Source: an uncultured bacterium (lineage in GTDB: Bacteria; Krumholzibacteriota; Krumholzibacteriia; Krumholzibacteriales; Krumholzibacteriaceae). Taken from it: a stretch of 10,978 nt of DNA. Where the stretch lies: the NCBI GenBank assembly GCA_965371515.1, contig CBDUYR010000072.1, positions 1 through 10,978 of the forward strand, written 5' to 3'. Below the pieces are notes generated by a model. The model was not told where the DNA came from and did no database searches. It worked only from the letters and a program-made list of their open reading frames with translations. Positions 1 to 6,539 of the stretch are shown here, in pieces. Position 1 is the first letter of the stretch; each line of letters starts with the position of its first letter. The position numbers were made by a program, and so were the translations under genes.

Positions 1-77
1 GATGTCCTTGTACCATTATTCTATCCGTCCGGGTGTGGATGCAAGATGTTAAATGTCTGTCGGCAGGCCTTGGTGTC

Positions 78-1565
78 CTACGGCACCTCGTATACGTATA
101 TATCGAAGTTGCTCATCCGATGCCCTCTGAATACGATCTTCGTGCAGTCAGGCGACCAGGCGGGATCCTTCTGTTCCCATCTCTGGTCCAGGATCGTCTC
201 GAAGCCCGTACCGTCGGAGTTCATGACGCACAACCCGATGTATCCGTTTATGCTGTTGCGGTGAAAGACGATCTTGTCGTTGTTCCATCCCCAGTGAGGA
301 TTAAAATCGCCGAAACCAGTGGTCAGTACAGTCGGCTCGGTGCTCCCTCCCACCTCGATCTTGCAGATCTCGTATTCGTTGTTCTGGTAGACGACCCACC
401 TTCCGTTGTACGAGAAGGCCGGATTGTCGCCATCGGTGAGCCGGACATGACCGGCAGTCGGCCCGTACAGAAATATCGTCGGCACTGTACTGCCATCATC
501 ATCCGGGTCGTAGAACTGCCCGTAGACCATGGGATATCCCTGGTAGACCTGGTTCGCGTAGGAAGGCGCCCTGTTGCGGTCGTTGTCCGAAGTGATCGGT
601 GCTTCCCAGCATCCTCCCAACGGGCAGATCAGGAATCCGTGGTATATGTCGTATTCTCCCTCTACACCCCGTCGCGACATCCACGCCATCTCGCCTGTAC
701 TCGGCTTGATATCGGGCATGAAATCAGATACGGGATCGTGTGTCACCTGCTCCCACTCGCCGCCATCGACAGGCATGCGCCATATGTCCCAGTTGCCCGA
801 CCGTGACGAGGAGAAATAGATCATCGATCCGTCGGAGTTCCAGCAGGGATATTCTTTCTGAGAATTATCGTCAGTGAGCCGAATGATTCCCGGCGGTAGA
901 ATATCGATATGACCGGTGATTCGCCAGCGGCAGTCGACGAGGATTTCCATGCTGACAATCGCGTCCTCGGGAATACCGGCAGGAATCACGAATTCCACCT
1001 CTGTATCACTCCATTCCTCGACTGTCGCCTCATGGCCGAAGACCGTCACACGGCCGTTACCGTTGTCCGGTCCAAATCCACTCCCCTGTGCCTTGATGTT
1101 TCTCCCGCTGTATACACCCTTCGGCCAGAATCCGTCGATCGTTGCGCTCGATGTACCCTTTGTGACATTGACACAGGTCCAGTCAGACATATTGCCCGCC
1201 GTGTCGACCGCTGACATGCAGACGAGGTATCCAGCGTCCTGAACGCTGCTCGCGTCCCAGGCCGCCTCGTAGGGCGCGGCGAGGTCGTGACCCGACCAGA
1301 TCTGCTGATCGCAGAGGTCCCTCGCCTCGAAGAAGACCGTGTCGACCTCTGTGTCGTCGGTAGCCGTGCCGGCGATATCAAGCGACGAGGGAAGAGCAGA
1401 GCCGTCCGTGGGGCTGGTGATATTGACCACGGGGGCGAGCGTGTCGGCATCCCCGCCGCCGTTCCCGTCGCCCGGATCTGTGACGCCCGAGTCGCTGCTG
1501 CAGCCGATCCATACCAGAACGGATAACACAACACATGCCGTAATGAAGCTGATAACAGTTTTCAT
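78..1565 (-). CDS. Lipoprotein (495 aa) with bacterial Ig-like domain, IPT/TIG-like domain and C-terminal TolB-like (PD40/WD40) beta-propeller
   Basis: Signal peptide MKTVISFITACVVLSVLVWIG-C with lipobox-like Cys22, then a G/D/S-rich tether. Ig-like segment DTLAPVVNITSP...ATDDTEV...WDAS...AVDTAGN. IPT/TIG-like segment IKAQGSGFG...WSDTEVEFVIP. Six PD40-like blades, e.g. YPCWNSDGSMIYFSSSRSGNWDIWRM, NPAFSYNGRWVVY, DPAWSPDCTKIVF. Purine-rich GGGGGA 5' of the ATG; TAG stop at 78-80. Confidence 0.88.
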   Translation of the reverse strand: MKTVISFITACVVLSVLVWIGCSSDSGVTDPGDGNGGGDADTLAPVVNITSPTDGSALPSSLDIAGTATDDTEVDTVFFEARDLCDQQIWSGHDLAAPYEAAWDASSVQDAGYLVCMSAVDTAGNMSDWTCVNVTKGTSSATIDGFWPKGVYSGRNIKAQGSGFGPDNGNGRVTVFGHEATVEEWSDTEVEFVIPAGIPEDAIVSMEILVDCRWRITGHIDILPPGIIRLTDDNSQKEYPCWNSDGSMIYFSSSRSGNWDIWRMPVDGGEWEQVTHDPVSDFMPDIKPSTGEMAWMSRRGVEGEYDIYHGFLICPLGGCWEAPITSDNDRNRAPSYANQVYQGYPMVYGQFYDPDDDGSTVPTIFLYGPTAGHVRLTDGDNPAFSYNGRWVVYQNNEYEICKIEVGGSTEPTVLTTGFGDFNPHWGWNNDKIVFHRNSINGYIGLCVMNSDGTGFETILDQRWEQKDPAWSPDCTKIVFRGHRMSNFDIYVYEVP

Positions 1566-1604
1566 GGTTTCCCCCAGGCAGGAGCCGTTGAATATATCGC
1601 GATC

Positions 1605-1633
1605 ATTCTACAACGAATGGGTTGTCGATTCAA
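1605..1633 (-). promoter_or_regulatory. Sigma70-type promoter for the lipoprotein gene
   Basis: Minus strand TTGAAT (1633-1628), 17-nt spacer, TAGAAT (1610-1605). It lies about 40 nt upstream of the ATG at 1565 and downstream of the preceding gene's terminator. Confidence 0.6.
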
Positions 1634-1680
1634 CAGGAATGACGGGGGCAAAAACGAGCCTGTTTATTATTGCAATTACG

Positions 1681-1711
1681 AAAACAGGACCCGGCCATCG
1701 ACCGGATCCTG
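1681..1711 (-). terminator. Intrinsic terminator after the membrane-protein gene
   Basis: Minus strand CAGGATCCGGTC-GAT-GGCCGGGTCCTG forms a 12-bp stem with two G-U pairs, followed by TTTT, about 33 nt after the TAG at 1745-1747. The G-U pairs work only on the minus-strand RNA. Confidence 0.7.
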
Positions 1712-1744
1712 CATCTGGAACAAGCTTTATGAAAGATCGGCACG

Positions 1745-2986
1745 CTAGGGGAGCGCCCGGCTCAACTCCCAATCAAGTATCAGCATCTCGGCGGGGAGCG
1801 TCGTTTTAACCGTCCCGTCGACGGCCCCGATATCGGAAGCCGCGGGAATAACATTCTCGCCGGCCGGGATCCAGGCCGTCAGAATCACGATGCCCTCTTC
1901 TTCGAGCAGCGGCACTGACGGTTCCAGTCGAGCGATGAGTTCCCGGCGCATCGTATCGGCCGTTGCCTGGTCGCCGTTACTCTCGTAAAGTTCGATCGCC
2001 CTGATGACGTAGCCAGGACGTGACGGATCGAGAAGGATCGCCGCACGCGAGAGATGGAGCGGGATGATTATCATGCCCTCGCTGGAGGCAACTGCCGCGC
2101 CCCTGTCAAGCGCTTCGGCGACCACAGCGGGCCTGGAAAGGATCGAAAAAGCAATAATGGAAATAAAGAGCGCGACGGCAGCCCAGTTTCTCCGGGAAAC
2201 CGTTTTCCGGTTCGAAGCCCGTCCGGCCAGGCGCGCCCCATTCAGCGCCTGTACGATCCAGGCCAGCCCTCCCAGTACCACCGCCGCACTCGCACCCATC
2301 AATACATACTCAAGCGTTTCCGGCCTCACGGCGAAGGCGCCGGCATACGCGTTGAAATTCCACAGCCATGCCGCCCTCGAGAGAACGAGCAGGGAAATAA
2401 CGGTCAGGCATGCCATCCACAGAGCCGCAGCCGCGCGTTTCGATCGCCCTGCGACGAACAGCCCCATGCCCGGACAGATGATGCCGAACAGGCCCGCGGC
2501 CAACGACCCTCTGATCCAGTTGGGCGAGCGCCTCAGCCTCGTGCCCTCGTAGCGCCCGGCGAGTACGACCGCCCTGGTCCATGCGGAGAAACCGGCTATC
2601 ACCGCCACAGCCAACGCGAGAAGCATTACGGCGCCGACGGGGTTTTCCTGCGTGGACCAGTAGGAGAAGCCCCTCCACATCAATATGACGACAATGGCCA
2701 GAATCACGCTGAAGACTGAAAGTCCCGCCCAGAACCGGCTCTTGCGCCCCCTGCGGGTCGCGAGAATGGACAGCGGCCCTGTAAGGTACGAGAGTATCAG
2801 AGGAACGCCCGACTGCCTGTCATTTGTCCGCGCCTGTGATGTTCCCTGGCCGCTCCCCCCATCGCCTCCGGAAGACCGGAGATAATCGGGAAGTTCATTC
2901 TCTGCCTCCCCGTACGAAGAGGACCTTTTGGCTTTGCCTTTCAGACTCTTAGGATCGATGACATATACCTTGTTCTGTCCGCTCAT
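1745..2986 (-). CDS. Hypothetical multi-pass inner-membrane protein (about 413 aa, about 7 hydrophobic segments, C-terminal TPR-like helices)
   Basis: Long ORF with hydrophobic stretches separated by Arg-rich loops (TRRGRKSR, TRLRRSP, SNRKTVSRR). Start moved from 3037 to ATG 2986, which is preceded by the SD-like GAGGGGGAAACG. No family recognised with confidence. Confidence 0.8.
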   Translation of the reverse strand: MSGQNKVYVIDPKSLKGKAKRSSSYGEAENELPDYLRSSGGDGGSGQGTSQARTNDRQSGVPLILSYLTGPLSILATRRGRKSRFWAGLSVFSVILAIVVILMWRGFSYWSTQENPVGAVMLLALAVAVIAGFSAWTRAVVLAGRYEGTRLRRSPNWIRGSLAAGLFGIICPGMGLFVAGRSKRAAAALWMACLTVISLLVLSRAAWLWNFNAYAGAFAVRPETLEYVLMGASAAVVLGGLAWIVQALNGARLAGRASNRKTVSRRNWAAVALFISIIAFSILSRPAVVAEALDRGAAVASSEGMIIIPLHLSRAAILLDPSRPGYVIRAIELYESNGDQATADTMRRELIARLEPSVPLLEEEGIVILTAWIPAGENVIPAASDIGAVDGTVKTTLPAEMLILDWELSRALP

Positions 2987-3083
2987 CGTTTCCCCCTCTG
3001 CTGCCGATGACGAATCAACGGCAGAATTCAATGTCACACGGGAGAGAATTAATCAATATTCGCTCTGGTAACGGGGGATTTCG

Positions 3084-3098
3084 GCAAGTTCCATGCCC
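3084..3098 (-). promoter_or_regulatory. Sigma54 (RpoN)-type -24/-12 promoter candidate
   Basis: Minus strand GGGCATGGAACTTGC compared with consensus TGGCACGNNNNTTGC, with exact GG-N10-GC spacing. Intergenic, about 100 nt upstream of ATG 2986 and in the correct orientation. Confidence 0.55.
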
Positions 3099-3229
3099 GG
3101 GGCGGGAGTGCACGAAACGGGCAAGAAACTATCGTAAACAACGGCGGCATTATGGGTAAAACGGGAAATCACAAGGAAGGTCAGGACCGGCATTTTTCGG
3201 GCCCCGGAATGCGGTATCATGCGGCCTAA

Positions 3230-3278
3230 AGGCGTAAAAAAGACCCAGACCTGCAACTCAGGCCTCTATCTCGCCCGC
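3230..3278 (-). promoter_or_regulatory. Bacterial SECIS-like stem-loop 3' of the in-frame UGA
   Basis: RNA after the UGA: GC GGGCG AGAU AG AGGCCUG AGUUG CAGGUCU GG GUCU UUUUUA CGCCU. A 7-bp apical stem (3265-3259 with 3253-3247) closes a 5-nt loop AGUUG that begins 20 nt after the UGA and has G at its second position. Lower pairings AGAU/GUCU and GGGCG/CGCCU are possible. Confidence 0.7.
3236..3271 (-). terminator. Possible intrinsic terminator coincident with the SECIS-like hairpin
   Basis: The same hairpin runs straight into six T residues (3241-3236) at the end of the two-gene unit. Confidence 0.45.
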
Positions 3279-4235
3279 TCAGGTGAAGCCCGCGCCGGCG
3301 GTGCAGGTATAGCAGTGGTCGGCAGTGGCTATCGGGCTGCCCGGCTCCGGCGGCCCCGCCATCTCGGAAACATGGACCCTTTCCCCTCCCATGTGAAGCC
3401 CCACGGCTATGTTGAAATCGCAGTCGTAGAGGTACCCGTCCCAGTCGACCGACACGAGGGTCCGGCACATCACCGCATCCGTGGCGCAGGGATTGAAGCC
3501 CTCAACCAGTTTGCCGTAATAGGAGTCGAGAGCGCCCCTCTTCTCGAGCCACTTGCGGAACCTTCCGAGCGGCACGTTGGCAAAGTTGAACAGATTGCTG
3601 AATTGGAGCCCCCACTTCCTCTGCATCACCTCGCGGAACCTCTCCCCCATCTCTTTCTGGGCCGGGGGAAGGAAGGCTCCGGCGGGATTGGAAACGATGT
3701 CGAACTCGAGCCCGGTGCCCGGCTCGCCGTATCCGAGGGAGTTGAGCCGCTCGATCGCCTCTAGGCTCTTCTCGAAAACATGGTCACCGCGCTGCGAATC
3801 GGTCTGCTTCGCGTTGAGCGACGGCAACGACGCGATAATCGCTATCCCGTTCGAGCGAAGGAGTTCGAGGAGCTCCACCCTCCCACCTCCAGCTATCGAT
3901 GTGAGATTGCAGCGGAATATCACGCGGGCCGCAAGAGACGCGACGCCCTCGACAAGCCTCGTGATATTAGGATTCATCTCGGGAGCGCCTCCGGTAATGT
4001 CGATGATATCGAAGTTGCAACGCCCGACGTAATCGATCACGGCCTCCATCGTAACGAGGTCCATGATCTCCTTGCGCGAGGGACCTGCCTCCAGATGGCA
4101 GTGCAGACAGGTCTGGTTGCAGAGCAGCCCGACGTTGATCTGGAGGGTCGTCGTATGTCCCCTCACCAGCTCGATATCGTGATCGGCCAGCGTCTGCCGG
4201 AAGGGGGGGATTGCAATGCCGTCGTTTATGTCCAT
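3258..4235 (-). CDS. arsS: ArsS-family radical SAM (seleno)protein (arsenosugar biosynthesis type, DUF3641 C-terminus); 325 aa with probable selenocysteine at codon 319 (TGA 3281-3279)
   Basis: Family motifs TLQINVGLLCNQTCLHCHLEAGP (CxxxCxxC), DITGGAPEMNP, ASLP, QRG..VFEKS, AGAFLPP.Q, F..LF...N.P.GRF, VMCRTLVSVDWDGYLYDCDFN and HCYTCTAGAGFT. After the TGA the frame continues GCG GGC GAG ATA GAG GCC TGA (AGEIEA-stop). The likely start is ATG 4235, 4 nt after the upstream TAA. Confidence 0.9.
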
Positions 4236-4239
4236 TACT

Positions 4240-4572
4240 TTACATCGAAAGCTTCTCGGCAACGTTACGCATCTGAATGCCGTGGACGAGGGAGGCCCCT
4301 CCCCGTATCGCAGCGGTGACGTGCACCGCCTCGGTCATCTCGGCAACGCTCGAACCCTTTTCGAGGCAGGCCTGCGTATATGCATCGATGCAGTAAGGGC
4401 ACTGGATCGCGTGCGCTACGGCGAGAGCAATGAGCGCCTTTTCGCGCTCAGAAAGCTCGCCCTCGGCGAAAACAGCCCCGTACCAGTCAAAATATTTCTT
4501 CGCCAGTTCCGGCGCTTCCTCACCGATCTCGGCAAACTTCGGCAGGTCTTCAGGCTTGTAATACGTATCCAC
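4240..4572 (-). CDS. AhpD/carboxymuconolactone decarboxylase-like CxxC protein of the family found next to ArsS-type radical SAM genes (110 aa)
   Basis: YY.PEDL.KF..IG...PELA..YF..Y..VF.EG.LS.REKALIALAVAHAIQCPYCIDAY...AVHV.AAIRGGASLVHG.QM. SD AAAGGAG lies 7 nt before GTG 4572 but only 1 nt before ATG 4578, so the GTG start is preferred. Confidence 0.9.
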   Translation of the reverse strand: MDTYYKPEDLPKFAEIGEEAPELAKKYFDWYGAVFAEGELSEREKALIALAVAHAIQCPYCIDAYTQACLEKGSSVAEMTEAVHVTAAIRGGASLVHGIQMRNVAEKLSM

Positions 4573-4626
4573 CCGCATACTCCTTTCATGACGATTACTG
4601 ATTTTCGCGAGATTTCCCCAACTGAC

Positions 4627-4639
4627 CAGGGTGACCCTG
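4627..4639. promoter_or_regulatory. Perfect inverted repeat CAGGGT-G-ACCCTG, operator candidate
   Basis: 6-1-6 palindrome located right at the predicted transcription start (about 4640) of the AhpD-like/arsS unit. Confidence 0.35.
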
Positions 4640-4646
4640 TAATCTC

Positions 4647-4675
4647 ATTCTATACATTGCGCAGCGGGAAGGCAA
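4647..4675 (-). promoter_or_regulatory. Sigma70-type promoter for the AhpD-like/arsS unit
   Basis: Minus strand TTGCCT (4675-4670), 17-nt spacer, TAGAAT (4652-4647), in the divergent intergenic region. Confidence 0.6.
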
Positions 4676-4705
4676 TATGTCATTCCTGCCTGCGGTGTTC
4701 TCGGC

Positions 4706-4734
4706 TTTTCCAAAACGTCTAAGTGGGATATAAT
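4706..4734 (+). promoter_or_regulatory. Sigma70-type promoter for tamAB, possibly giving a leaderless transcript
   Basis: Perfect TATAAT at 4729-4734 with a weak -35 (TTTTCC, 4706-4711) at 17-nt spacing. The ATG follows 6 nt after the -10 box. Confidence 0.55.
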
Positions 4735-4740
4735 ACTTCA

Positions 4741-6525
4741 ATGCCGCGCCTTCTCATCATACTGACGTTTCTGGCCTTTGCCGTACCCGTCCATGCGGAC
4801 GAAGATCCCGCAATATGGAATGAGGTATCAAACTATCGCGGCTGGAAGGTCAAATCACTTTCACTCACCGGCATCGACAAGACATACATCAGTGAGCTTG
4901 AAAAAGGACTCGAGCTCGAGGACGATGAGGCGGCCCTCTACGAGCGCAGCCTAAGGAGGGACGTCGACAGGATCCGTCTCTTTCTCGCGCTGCGCGGTTA
5001 CCCGTACAGCGTCGTAACACCCTCCGTATCTGCGAGAGAGGATAAACGTCAGGTCGAGGTGGTTCTGGATATCGAACTCGGCCCTCCCGTCAAAGTCTCG
5101 TCTCTCGAGATAAACGGCCTTCCGGAACATTTCAGCGATGAAGTCCGGGAGAATGTGAAGACGAAGGCCGGCATGATCTTTTCCGACGGCATCATGGTCG
5201 CCGATGAGCAGGCTGTTCTCGAGATCCTGAGAAAGGCAGGGCATGCCCGCGCCCGCTCTGTCTCATCCATCGAGATGACAGACACGACGACTGTAAGGGT
5301 ACGGTTCGATATAGAGCCGGGGGCGGTCTATTACTTCGACAGCTTCCGGGTAAGCGGGGCGAGCGAGGACCTCAACAAGCTGGCTCTGATCTCTATCAAC
5401 ATCGATAAGGGTGAACGCTTCGAGCCGAAGACAGTCAGCGACGCGAGGGATAACATCTCGGATCTGCAGCTTTTCAGGCAAATCCGCATTTCGCTTGAGG
5501 ATACCGCGCCGGACTCGCTGGCAATAATCGTCGAGCTGTCGGAAAGGCAGCATCGCCTCATTGAATTCGCCGGAGGATACTGGTCGGATGACGGCTTCAG
5601 CGCAAGGGTCCGATGGAGGCATTCCAACCTCTTCAAGAGGGGCCGTGGATCGAGCATCGAACTCTCCTATACCCAGTACAAGAGGACCGGCAGGTGGGTA
5701 TCGTGGTGGCCCGCGCTGTTCAATGCCAGAGTGGTCGGAACGCTGCGCATAGGAATCGACGACATCAGCGAGGACAGCTACGATAAGAGAGCGCCCGGCA
5801 TAGGCGCCGGCCTCAGCTTTGCCCACACCCGCACGATGAAATCATCGATCGGATACGTGATCGAGGTGGCGAGTTACACGATCAATACGACCGAAAAAGA
5901 ATATTTCGAGGACCCCGAGGGACCCGTTACGTGGTTGTTCTATCGTTTCGTGCGGGACGGAACGGACGACCGGATCAATCCGACGAAGGGTACCTATTCA
6001 TGGCTAAATCTCCAATTCGGTCCGAAGGGCGGAGTGTCGAACAGCAGTTATTTTCTCGCTGAGATCTCCGGAACGGCTCACATCCCGGTCACAAGGAAAC
6101 TCGGGTTCGCGACGAACCTGCGCCTCGGATCAGCGGCACCGATAACGCCCGCGCTGGTGCTTCTCCCCGACAAGCGATTCTATCCGGGTGGTTCGACGTC
6201 TCACAGGGGGTTTAACAGGAGAAAACTCGGGCCGCTCGACGAAAACGGCCTGCCTCTCGGAGGCGAATTGATGTTGACCGGCTTCGTCGAGTTACGGTTC
6301 CCGTTGTTCTGGAAATTCAACGGAGCCGTATTCGCCGACTACGGACAGGCCTGGCGGACACATGGCGATTTTACATGGGACAATATCGAGATCGCCGTCG
6401 GCCCCGCGATAAGGATCATGACCCCTGTCGGGCCGCTTCGCTTCGACCTCGGTTACAGGCTGACCGACTACGAGCCGAGCGAACCTGAATTCGCGTTCCA
6501 CTTCGCCATCGGATACCCGATGTGA
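4741..6525 (+). CDS. tamA: TamA-like Omp85-family outer membrane protein (signal peptide, three POTRA-like domains, beta-barrel; 594 aa)
   Basis: Sec signal MPRLLIILTFLAFAVPVHA. Three POTRA-like units (VKSLSLTG...RGYP, VSSLEING...AGHARA, FDSFRVSG...LQLFRQI). Barrel motifs GYWSDDG, HSNLFKRG, DDRINPTKG, RFYPGGSTSHRGF, GG......VELRFPL, AVFADYG, G..IR..TPVGPLRFDLG, FHFAIGYPM. Lies directly upstream of a TamB gene. Confidence 0.88.
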   Translation: MPRLLIILTFLAFAVPVHADEDPAIWNEVSNYRGWKVKSLSLTGIDKTYISELEKGLELEDDEAALYERSLRRDVDRIRLFLALRGYPYSVVTPSVSAREDKRQVEVVLDIELGPPVKVSSLEINGLPEHFSDEVRENVKTKAGMIFSDGIMVADEQAVLEILRKAGHARARSVSSIEMTDTTTVRVRFDIEPGAVYYFDSFRVSGASEDLNKLALISINIDKGERFEPKTVSDARDNISDLQLFRQIRISLEDTAPDSLAIIVELSERQHRLIEFAGGYWSDDGFSARVRWRHSNLFKRGRGSSIELSYTQYKRTGRWVSWWPALFNARVVGTLRIGIDDISEDSYDKRAPGIGAGLSFAHTRTMKSSIGYVIEVASYTINTTEKEYFEDPEGPVTWLFYRFVRDGTDDRINPTKGTYSWLNLQFGPKGGVSNSSYFLAEISGTAHIPVTRKLGFATNLRLGSAAPITPALVLLPDKRFYPGGSTSHRGFNRRKLGPLDENGLPLGGELMLTGFVELRFPLFWKFNGAVFADYGQAWRTHGDFTWDNIEIAVGPAIRIMTPVGPLRFDLGYRLTDYEPSEPEFAFHFAIGYPM

Positions 6526-6539
6526 TGAGCCTATAGACG

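Noticed and set aside
18..44. Minus-strand TTGCAT...TAGAAT promoter-like element at the window's left edge
   Set aside because: The spacer is only 15 nt and the downstream gene is outside the window, so it cannot be supported.
78..900. Calling the propeller protein tolB
   Set aside because: No TolB N-terminal domain, an Ig/IPT lipoprotein architecture instead, and no tol-pal genes in view.
3053..3256. 67-aa minus-strand ORF between arsS and the membrane-protein gene
   Set aside because: It starts at a TTG inside the SECIS-like loop, overlaps terminator- and promoter-like elements, and has no recognisable features.
3150..3260. Second readthrough at TGA 3258-3260 extending ArsS
   Set aside because: The extension passes through a U-run and intergenic-looking sequence, has no motif, and goes beyond the usual family C-terminus.
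3279..3281. arsS as a truncated pseudogene, or genome-wide UGA reassignment (code 4/25)
   Set aside because: The TGA sits at the family's Cys/Sec position with a SECIS-like hairpin. No other gene in the window has an internal TGA, Trp is encoded by TGG, and tamA ends on TGA at the normal family terminus.
33..4722. Plus-strand ORFs such as 33-806, 2054-2719, 3219-3764, 3780-4319 and 4216-4722
   Set aside because: They lie antisense to well-supported minus-strand genes and are expected in GC-rich DNA.
4741..6525. Calling the Omp85 gene bamA or tamL
   Set aside because: Only three POTRA-like units, 594 aa, adjacent to tamB, and a cleavable non-lipoprotein signal peptide.
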